Source: a virus (Duplodnaviria; Caudoviricetes). Taken from it: 51,305 nt of DNA. The position numbers and the translations under genes are program-made. The stretch covers positions 1 to 51,305 of the IMG/VR virus record IMGVR_UViG_3300032274_000005; one strand, given 5' to 3'. Under the pieces are notes generated by a model that saw nothing but the letters and a program-made list of their open reading frames with translations, was not told where the DNA came from and made no database searches. How positions within the stretch are numbered: the stretch's first letter is position 1; each line of letters begins with the position of its first letter. Below are positions 44,302-51,305 of this stretch, one piece after another.

Positions 44302-45414
44302 GTGGCAGTTCTAAACGTCATTTCGACCACAACCACACCTCTTGCTGCCTCAGCCACCTACACGGGTGAGACTGCTGAGGTGGGGGGCTACACCTCAGTC
44401 CGTGCGGACGTGGCCACTGATCAAGATGGCGCAGTCTATCTTGAGTTCAGCCAAGACGGGGCAGCGTGGGACGTTGCCTTGCCGGTCAAGGTCAGGGCAA
44501 ACAAGGCAAAGAGTGTGGCCGCCCGTGTTCAGGGCCGATTCTGCCGTGTCCATTACGTCAACAATGCAAGCACTCAGACAACCTTTCGGTTGAGCTGTCG
44601 GCTGACTCTTGAGACGCATCTACCGACAGGGGATGACTTCTCGGCCGTTCAGGCGGATTTAGTCCCTGGATGGATCGCCGTCACCATCATCGGTGACAAC
44701 GAGAGTGTGTCAACGACTGAGGGAACCGTCTGGGAGGCCCCCACGATCGGAGGCGACAACCGGGTCACGTTCCCCGAGGCAGCATCTGTTGCTGTGGCGT
44801 CCACAGATGCTGCGGACACGTCCGCCGGCACAGGTGCGCGCACATTCTTGATCACGGGCCTGGACGCATCAAACAATGTCCAGACCCCAATCGTGACCAT
44901 GAACGGCACAACAGAGGTGAACCTTCCTGGCACATGGAATGCCATCAATGGTGTGGTCATGCTCTCAGCCGGCTCCGGGGGGATCAATGCCGGGAACGTC
45001 TGGGTTGGCGCACAGGGCACCTTCACAAGCGGCAAGCCCTCCACAGGCAACCAGTACAACGTGGTCAGGGCAGCAGCGGGGGGCGTCAGTGAGACGGCAG
45101 CGTACCGCGTCCCTGCGAACTGCACGCTTTACCAGCGCCACGTTTACTTGGATGGTGAGGGCAATAAGGACATTGAGTTTAAATTCAATGGACAAACCAC
45201 TCTTGGTGGCCCTGTGTTGGTGCTGTATCGGGCCACCATTTCGGGGAACCTGAACGACTTCAACGCCGATCTCGCAGTCCCTGGCGCTGAGGCTGGCACC
45301 ACTATTGAGATGACTGCTGAGACAGCATCAGGGGTTGATAAGGCCCGGCTGTTTATGTTTGCTCGGCTGCGCACCCACTACACCCACGACACCATCCCCG
45401 CTCTACTCCCATAG
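44302..45414 (+). CDS. Virion-type beta-rich protein (two domains) lying outside the morphogenesis block
   Basis: TTTPLAASATYTG N-domain; 'ASTDAADTSAGTGART..ITGLD' motif; T/G/A-rich. Confidence 0.6.
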   Translation: MAVLNVISTTTTPLAASATYTGETAEVGGYTSVRADVATDQDGAVYLEFSQDGAAWDVALPVKVRANKAKSVAARVQGRFCRVHYVNNASTQTTFRLSCRLTLETHLPTGDDFSAVQADLVPGWIAVTIIGDNESVSTTEGTVWEAPTIGGDNRVTFPEAASVAVASTDAADTSAGTGARTFLITGLDASNNVQTPIVTMNGTTEVNLPGTWNAINGVVMLSAGSGGINAGNVWVGAQGTFTSGKPSTGNQYNVVRAAAGGVSETAAYRVPANCTLYQRHVYLDGEGNKDIEFKFNGQTTLGGPVLVLYRATISGNLNDFNADLAVPGAEAGTTIEMTAETASGVDKARLFMFARLRTHYTHDTIPALLP

Positions 45415-45422
45415 GAGCCCAA

Positions 45423-45590
45423 ATGACCCTCATCAGTGTGTTCTCAATGATGCTTCTGGCCCTCGGACTCGACCACCGGCCCCACCTCTGGCACTTCAAC
45501 CCCGATCCGGTCAATGCCTACGGTGAGCCGTGGGAGTGTGTGGTGGGTGGGGAGCGTCGGGCCACCCCTCCGTATGTCTGGGGGTCGTGA
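45423..45590 (+). CDS. Small hypothetical protein with hydrophobic N-terminus (55 aa)
   Basis: AGGAG RBS; TGATG-coupled to the next gene. Confidence 0.45.
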   Translation: MTLISVFSMMLLALGLDHRPHLWHFNPDPVNAYGEPWECVVGGERRATPPYVWGS

Positions 45591-46054
45591 TGACGCCAGA
45601 GGACATTGAGGCAGCCCGGCGGCTGATGGAGTGGCCGGGGTTCAAGTGGGCCGAGGGCATGAAGTGGATCAACCCAGACCTCTACCCGCCTGATGAGTTC
45701 GGCGCGGACGCCACCCAAGAGGGCGTCATCCTCTCGTGTGGCTACTACCGCAGTGACACCGTGGTGGACTACTACGCGTGGGTGAAGGAGGGTGAAGTGC
45801 CCGCCGGGGCTCTCCCAGACATCACCCACCCGGCCACGCAGGGTATCCTACAGAGATGGCTCATCGAAGCGTGGCCTTCAGAGTATGACCTGACCCTTGG
45901 GTGGTCGAGCGTTGATGGTGGTCGGCGTTTTGGCCTTGATATCTGGGTCGACTGCATTGACGGGCACGTTGGGTTTGCTGTTGACGATCAGCCGGCCGAT
46001 GCGCTTGGTCGGACGCTGGTGACTGCGCTCCTCGCTGCCCCGGAGAAGGCATGA
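45590..46054 (+). CDS. Hypothetical protein, 'WxxGM...PDxxxPAT' family (paralog of 35550)
   Basis: FKWAEGM, LPDITHPATQGIL, IEAW, LVTALLAA. Confidence 0.6.
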   Translation: MTPEDIEAARRLMEWPGFKWAEGMKWINPDLYPPDEFGADATQEGVILSCGYYRSDTVVDYYAWVKEGEVPAGALPDITHPATQGILQRWLIEAWPSEYDLTLGWSSVDGGRRFGLDIWVDCIDGHVGFAVDDQPADALGRTLVTALLAAPEKA

Positions 46055-46185
46055 TCCCCACCGTGGCTGCTCTGCTGGCTGCTGGCGTCGGCCTGCTCGC
46101 ATACCAGCAGTGGAGGGCAGGCAGGGAGAGCGCGGAGAAGCGGCGCCGCTTCCTGGAGCTGCTCAAGATGGCTCCGGGGGACTGA
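46051..46185 (+). CDS. Small membrane-anchored protein (44 aa)
   Basis: MIPTVAALLAAGVGLLAYQQW; coupled at both ends. Confidence 0.45.
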   Translation: MIPTVAALLAAGVGLLAYQQWRAGRESAEKRRRFLELLKMAPGD

Positions 46186-46526
46186 TGAACGTGATGACCA
46201 ATGGCGTCCACCCCATCCCGTACAAGCACCTCGATCCCGGCGTGCGTGATCTGGTCGCAGCCCTCAACGCGCACGGGTTCCGCACCACTGACAGCGGCGA
46301 CGGGGTGAGCAAGCCGCCGTCCGGCCGTGTGTTCGACTTCCCGCACGTCTTCATGGTCGTGGCGTCCGCGCGGCTCGTCGCTGAAGCTGACCGCCTTCAC
46401 AGGCTTCGTGGTGCGCTCGGCTGCGAGGGCTGGACTGTGGAGGCCACCTATCGCCCAGGCGAGCCGGCCATCCTCGGATTGCTTGACCTTCGCCGTGATG
46501 GGCAGTCGACCCAGGAGAAGGCATGA
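46185..46526 (+). CDS. Hypothetical protein ('LDxxxxxLVxALNxxGxxTxxS' family)
   Basis: LDPGVRDLVAALNAHGFRTTDSGDG. Confidence 0.55.
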   Translation: MNVMTNGVHPIPYKHLDPGVRDLVAALNAHGFRTTDSGDGVSKPPSGRVFDFPHVFMVVASARLVAEADRLHRLRGALGCEGWTVEATYRPGEPAILGLLDLRRDGQSTQEKA

Positions 46527-46807
46527 GCGCCGACGACACGGGCTTCACCCTCTTTGAACTCCCCCCACCCACAGCACCGCGTGACGGCCCGTCTGATGAG
46601 ATGCTGTCCTTGCTCGACGAGCTGACGGAGAAGATCAAGGCTGGCGAGATCGACGCGATCGCGGTGGCGTTCACCTCTGGTGGTGCGTGCTCGACGGCCT
46701 ACCAGCTGGAGCAGGGCGCGCGCGTCAGCAGCCTCCACTACGCCGCAACGATGCTGCAAACCCGCGTCTACAACCACGGGATGAACCTGGACCCGGAGGA
46801 CGTATGA
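46523..46807 (+). CDS. Hypothetical protein
   Basis: AGGAG RBS, ATGA coupling. Confidence 0.55.
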   Translation: MSADDTGFTLFELPPPTAPRDGPSDEMLSLLDELTEKIKAGEIDAIAVAFTSGGACSTAYQLEQGARVSSLHYAATMLQTRVYNHGMNLDPEDV

Positions 46808-47280
46808 CCCCCATCACAGCCCATCGGCGCCCCACCGAAGTTCAGGCCATGCAGCACGACGGCACGAGGGCCACAGCACGAGCCCTTGAGGCTTGGCTGG
46901 AGTCGGCTGACATTGTGTCCGTGGCCCGTCTCACAGCAGTGGCCTCTTGCACGCAAGAGCAGGCCCGATCGGTGGAGGCTTGGATGGAGTCGGGTGGGGG
47001 AAGCACCGATGCTCTGGAGTGGGAGGTTGACGCCTTCCTGGATGACTCCCCGGCGGACGCGATCACCATCATCAGCAAGGGGCTGTGGGTGGTCAACGAG
47101 GACGGAGAGATCAGCGTCATGGGGGACGATGTGTTCCGGGACACGTTCGCAGTGAAGCGTGTGGGCACGTGTCGGTGTGAGCAAAACCGAGAGCTGGCAG
47201 AGCACATCCTGAGCCGGCAGCAGGCCGGGGACTTGCCGCACATTGGCCCGCCTCCCACACGCTGCCCGGTCCATCCGTGA
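46804..47280 (+). CDS. Phage protein of the 'RKKP.EV.A.Q...G.WVV...GE...D.F..TF' family
   Basis: RRPTEVQAMQHDG and GLWVVNEDGEISVMGDDVFRDTF. Confidence 0.55.
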   Translation: MTPITAHRRPTEVQAMQHDGTRATARALEAWLESADIVSVARLTAVASCTQEQARSVEAWMESGGGSTDALEWEVDAFLDDSPADAITIISKGLWVVNEDGEISVMGDDVFRDTFAVKRVGTCRCEQNRELAEHILSRQQAGDLPHIGPPPTRCPVHP

Positions 47281-48728
47281 ACCTCATCAGCCTCCTCACC
47301 CCCGCTGTCTCCAACCCGCTGGCCCGGTACACCCGAGAGCCACCCGGCCACGGGGGCATGTCACCCCCACAGTACGAGTTCCACACCTCACAGGCCCGCA
47401 AGCGCTTCTGCCTGTGGGCCAACAGCATGGGGAAGACGTGGGCCGGGGGCATTGAAGCGTGGTGGCATCTCACCGATACCCACCCGTACCGAGATGTCCA
47501 CCCACACCGAGACGCCTCACAGCTCACAGGCGAGGGCTGGCTGCTGGCTGATGACCTGAGCCAGGGGTGGAAGTCGGTGTGTAAGGCCATGAGGGCAATG
47601 GAGCCCCCCGGCGTTCTCCACGAGGACTGCCATTATGACCCGGAGCGTGGATACCGGTGGTGTGGCCGTCCGGTGCTGCTGCTCAAGAGTGGTCGGCGCA
47701 TGGTGGGTAAGGGTGGCTCTCAGACGAAAAAGGCAATGGAGGGTGACAAGATCGATTGGCTGTGGGTGGATGAGCCTCCCAAGCGCAGCCACTGGAATGG
47801 TTGTGTCAGCCGCGTCAACCGGACCTATGGCCCCATCTGGGTCACCATGACGGCTGTGGCTGTCTCCGCATCCGAGGGTATCGGCTGGCTGCGTGACAAG
47901 GTGGACGGTGACCCTGAGAAGGGCACGCCTCCCCAGGAGGGTCGGTTCCCTGACCACGAGGACGGCTGGCATCTGCTGCAACGTGGCCTCAGCCGCGACT
48001 CAGCCCCCCACCTCACACGCAAGCAGATCGACGCACTGATCAACGGCTGTGACCCGTGGGAGAAAGCGCAGCGTGTCCATGCCAAGTGGCGTGGGGCTGT
48101 GTCCGGTCGGTGGGTGCCGTCGTTCTCCACAGACAACATCTTCTCTGACTCGCAGTTCAGCGTCGATGATATCCAGGGCATCGGCCTCGGGGCTGACTAC
48201 GGGGAGAAGCCGGGCCACACCGTGTGGTATCTCGTGCTCTACATGAACGATGGGGTGCTCAACGTCATCAGTGAGTTTGCACCCCAAGAGGCCATGTCCG
48301 AGGCTGAGGAGGTCCGCGCAGTCAAGGCCCACCTCTTTGACCCTCTCGGCCTCTCCCTGGCAGCCGTGACGCACGCACGAGGGGACAGCAACAGCAGCGG
48401 TCACCGTGGGGCTGCCGTGACCCTCAATGGCCTCCTGAACCGCCACTTCGCTCGGCTGATGCCCAACGGCCGACCACCCTTTGAGCTTCGCCCCCCGTAC
48501 AAAGGGCCGGGCTCCGTTCGGGCGCGAGCACGCATGATCAACTCAGCGTGTGCTGAGGGTCGGTTCCGGGTCCACGAGTCATGCCACAGGCTGATTGACA
48601 CGCTCACACGGTGGATGGGTCTAAACGATAACCTCAAGCACGCATTTGACGCTGTGGGTTATATTGCCGACGTGTGGCTATCACCCGGTCGTGGTGACAC
48701 TGCCCGACACCTCATCATCCGTAGGTAG
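47277..48728 (+). CDS. terL: Terminase large subunit
   Basis: Q-motif PPQYEF, Walker A ANSMGKT, Walker B WVDEP, nuclease GADYG and HAFDAVGY. Confidence 0.88.
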   Translation: MNLISLLTPAVSNPLARYTREPPGHGGMSPPQYEFHTSQARKRFCLWANSMGKTWAGGIEAWWHLTDTHPYRDVHPHRDASQLTGEGWLLADDLSQGWKSVCKAMRAMEPPGVLHEDCHYDPERGYRWCGRPVLLLKSGRRMVGKGGSQTKKAMEGDKIDWLWVDEPPKRSHWNGCVSRVNRTYGPIWVTMTAVAVSASEGIGWLRDKVDGDPEKGTPPQEGRFPDHEDGWHLLQRGLSRDSAPHLTRKQIDALINGCDPWEKAQRVHAKWRGAVSGRWVPSFSTDNIFSDSQFSVDDIQGIGLGADYGEKPGHTVWYLVLYMNDGVLNVISEFAPQEAMSEAEEVRAVKAHLFDPLGLSLAAVTHARGDSNSSGHRGAAVTLNGLLNRHFARLMPNGRPPFELRPPYKGPGSVRARARMINSACAEGRFRVHESCHRLIDTLTRWMGLNDNLKHAFDAVGYIADVWLSPGRGDTARHLIIRR

Positions 48729-48731
48729 ACA

Positions 48732-50399
48732 ATGACAGCCCCACCCCCATCCGTGAAGCCCAAAGACGAGGAAGATGAGGCCCGAGTCCATGAGCAGGGC
48801 CTCCGGTGGCGTATCCTCAAGGGTCGGCACCGGCCCGATGTGGAGGAGTCCATCCAAGCCACGATGGCTGCCGAGGTGGCGTCTGACCTTGTGTGGAATG
48901 TGGACCTGTCAGCCAACCCGCTCAAGTCCATCTTCACGCAGCTCAACACGGCATACATCGACCCCCCCGAGGCCCACCCGGCAGAGGAGCAGGACGCGGA
49001 CGTATCCGCAGTGGTCACCCCGTACCTGTGGCCGCTGATGAAGATCCGTGCCCTCTACCAGATGGGCATCCGAGAGGCCGTGGTCCGCCTGGACTGGCCC
49101 ACGGCAGCAGCCATCAAAGAGGGGGAGCCCGCTGAGGCTCAGTATCGAGTGGTCCCCCCGCACTGCATCCACGCAGCCCGACCCCACCGCAGACGCCCGG
49201 ATCAGTTCGGGTACGTCGAAGAGGTTCGAGAGAGGACCATCACAGACCCCGCCTCGGGGGAGCCCGTCAAGGTCTGGGCATACGACGTGTGGGACATCAA
49301 CAGTGAGCCCGCCTCGTTCCGTATTGAGATGGTGGGCAGCGACGGCGAACGCAAAGACATCACGGCGCAGGCATTGGGGCTGCTCGACTCTGAGACGGAG
49401 GCCGGGACGTACCCCTACCTCGACTCTGACAACCGACCCATCATGCCCTACGTGCTGGCCCACGCTGAAGTGCAGAGCCACCTGTGGGACTGGTCAGAGG
49501 GCACAGAGATCGTGGACGGCACCCTGAAGATGGCATCGGGTGTGACGTGGTGGTGGGATGGCTTCCACAGCTCGTCAAACCCTCAGCGTGTGGGCATTGA
49601 CCTCGTGTTCGGTGGCGCCCGCACAGAGACGATCGGCAAGATCAGCAGCACCGAAGTCATCCCAACCACGCACAAGACCATCCTGCAAGCCTCCAGCAGT
49701 GGCCCGCCGGGCACTGGCAAGATCGCCCACTTCCCGCCGGGCATGGACCCCAAGAGCGGCCTGGAGTCCCTGCGCTCCTATGAGGAACGGCTGGCTATGT
49801 TCGCCGGCATCTCCCCGGCTGACATGCAGACCACCGGGTCTGCCCAGAGTGGCATTGCCATTCAGGTGAGCCGGGACGGCCAGAGGGCAGCCCAGAAGCG
49901 CTACGAGCCCGCCTATCGGATGGCTGATCAGTGGATTCTCGCCACAGCATCCCGCATGGCAAACGCACACATCCCCGGCCTGTCCCTGCCAGAAGATCCC
50001 CGAGGGTGGAGCATTGACTATCGGATGCTCGGAGAGTCCATCACCGAACGCAAGACGAAAGCGGAGACGGTAGCCCTTGAGCAGTCCAACGGCACCATTG
50101 GGCTGGTTGCCAGCGTCCGCAAGATGAACCCGGCCCTTGAGTCTGACGAAGAGGCCATCCGGTATCTTGAGGGTCAAGCGCAGGTGGATGCGGAGGCACA
50201 GGCCCGGCTGGCTCAGATCCAGGGTGAGACAGGCCCAGACACCGACAGCATTGGCGCCGAGGCTGCTACCATCTACGGTGTAATTGAGGCGGCTGTGGCT
50301 CAGGCCCGACCCCTCACCCCAGATGAGATGAACGACCTGCTTGAGAGTGCAGCCGAGATTGCTGGACTGTCAGCACCCACGCAGCAAGACGAGGACTGA
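48732..50399 (+). CDS. Portal protein
   Basis: 555 aa directly after terL; 'AQSGIAI' portal motif. Confidence 0.78.
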   Translation: MTAPPPSVKPKDEEDEARVHEQGLRWRILKGRHRPDVEESIQATMAAEVASDLVWNVDLSANPLKSIFTQLNTAYIDPPEAHPAEEQDADVSAVVTPYLWPLMKIRALYQMGIREAVVRLDWPTAAAIKEGEPAEAQYRVVPPHCIHAARPHRRRPDQFGYVEEVRERTITDPASGEPVKVWAYDVWDINSEPASFRIEMVGSDGERKDITAQALGLLDSETEAGTYPYLDSDNRPIMPYVLAHAEVQSHLWDWSEGTEIVDGTLKMASGVTWWWDGFHSSSNPQRVGIDLVFGGARTETIGKISSTEVIPTTHKTILQASSSGPPGTGKIAHFPPGMDPKSGLESLRSYEERLAMFAGISPADMQTTGSAQSGIAIQVSRDGQRAAQKRYEPAYRMADQWILATASRMANAHIPGLSLPEDPRGWSIDYRMLGESITERKTKAETVALEQSNGTIGLVASVRKMNPALESDEEAIRYLEGQAQVDAEAQARLAQIQGETGPDTDSIGAEAATIYGVIEAAVAQARPLTPDEMNDLLESAAEIAGLSAPTQQDED

Positions 50400-50403
50400 C
50401 AGC

Positions 50404-50733
50404 GTGGCCGACACCTACACCCCACCGGCATCCGTCGCCAGAGCAGCGCGCAGGGCTCTTGAGATCCGTGCAGCCCAGGCACCGTCAAACCGTGCTGGGA
50501 CACGGGTGGGGCTGAGTCGGGCCAACCAGCTTGCCAAGCGCCAGCCGGTGAGCCTGGAGACAGTCAAGCGCATGGCTGCGTTCTTTGCTCGGCATGAGAA
50601 GAGTCCGGGCGCCAAAGAGGCACGCAAGAACCCCACGAGCAAGGCAGCCCAGGCATGGGGCCTGTGGGGTGGCAACGCAGGACGGGCATGGGCCAACCGG
50701 ACCCTGAGAGCCCACAAGAGATCAACCCGCTGA
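50404..50733 (+). CDS. Conserved phage head-associated protein ('GT.VG..RANQL...VKRM..FF.RH...AW.LWGG..G..WA')
   Basis: Motif recognisable from phage head-morphogenesis regions. Confidence 0.7.
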   Translation: MADTYTPPASVARAARRALEIRAAQAPSNRAGTRVGLSRANQLAKRQPVSLETVKRMAAFFARHEKSPGAKEARKNPTSKAAQAWGLWGGNAGRAWANRTLRAHKRSTR

Positions 50734-50749
50734 TAGGAGGCAAATCAGC

Positions 50750-51305
50750 ATGAGCACCGAAGACAACAGCAGCGCACCCGAGCCCATCACCCGGTCCAGC
50801 GGGGGCACCGATGCCCTGAGTGTGGCACGGCTTGAGCGTCAGATCGAAAACCTCAAGGCCCAGGTCAAGGGCATCAGTGGGGAGCGCAACACGTGGAAGG
50901 CCAAGGCTCAGGCAGCGGCCGAGGCCGCTGGCAATGTCTCGACGTTGACGGCACGCGCTGAGACGGCTGAGGCCACCGTGCAGAAGCTCCGGTCGGAGTT
51001 CTCGGCAAAGCTGGCCCTGGCAGACGCGGGCATTAGCAGCACCCGTGCCCGGCGTGCCATCCTCCGAGAGTACGACGAGGAGCATCGGGACGTTGCACCG
51101 GATGCCCGGCCGTCCATCGGTGACTTCCTTGGCACCCTCCGAGAAGACCCCTTCTTTGCACAGATGCTCCCCGGCACTGGCTCTGAGGCCACGGCACAGC
51201 CGACCACGACCACGACCCCGGCCACCGGCCCCACCGTGGATGTCAACGAAGGCACCTCGACCTCGACCACGACCACGACCCCGGCCACCGGCCCCACCGT
51301 GGATG
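50750..51305 (+). CDS. Capsid scaffolding protein, N-terminal part (continues at position 1; about 236 aa in total)
   Basis: AGGAGG RBS, coiled coil, position between portal and capsid; no stop before the window end. Confidence 0.7.
   Translation, partial: MSTEDNSSAPEPITRSSGGTDALSVARLERQIENLKAQVKGISGERNTWKAKAQAAAEAAGNVSTLTARAETAEATVQKLRSEFSAKLALADAGISSTRARRAILREYDEEHRDVAPDARPSIGDFLGTLREDPFFAQMLPGTGSEATAQPTTTTTPATGPTVDVNEGTSTSTTTTTPATGPTVD
51209..51305. repeat. Terminal direct repeat (identical to 1-97)
   Basis: Exact match to the window start. Confidence 0.9.

Overview
This window looks like a complete, circularly permuted genome (about 51.2 kb) of a high-GC tailed dsDNA phage with siphovirus-type morphogenesis genes. 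Bases 1-97 are identical to 51209-51305, and the scaffold gene reads in frame across that join. Gene order: (i) head-tail block: large terminase, portal, head protein and scaffold (47.3-51.3 kb), then major capsid, head-tail connectors, two tandem HK97-gp10-like genes, tail tube, a tail chaperone with an A-AAT-TTT -1 frameshift, tape measure and two large tail-tip proteins (0.4-13.5 kb); (ii) a ~400-nt highly structured non-coding region with its own leftward promoter and terminator; (iii) a virion/lysis operon with an Amidase_3 endolysin; (iv) a leftward operon of small unknown genes and a divergent Cro-like switch; (v) early/middle genes: RecU, a truncated C5-methyltransferase remnant, a TGT/DpdA-like plus QueC cassette flanked by 51-bp direct repeats, a WYL-less wHTH, a lambda-O-like initiator with six 17-bp iterons, DnaB, a protein with six tandem HTH-like 'NGLPWP' repeats (with a two-repeat paralog at 19.3 kb), XRE regulators, an N6-adenine methyltransferase, a DEDDh exonuclease and a probable small terminase. 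No integrase, DNA polymerase, tRNA, CRISPR array or reverse transcriptase was recognised. The best candidates for novel biology are the putative large ncRNA, the tandem-HTH repeat family and the minimal TGT+QueC module. All calls come from reading motifs by eye; no database searches were run and the host is unknown.
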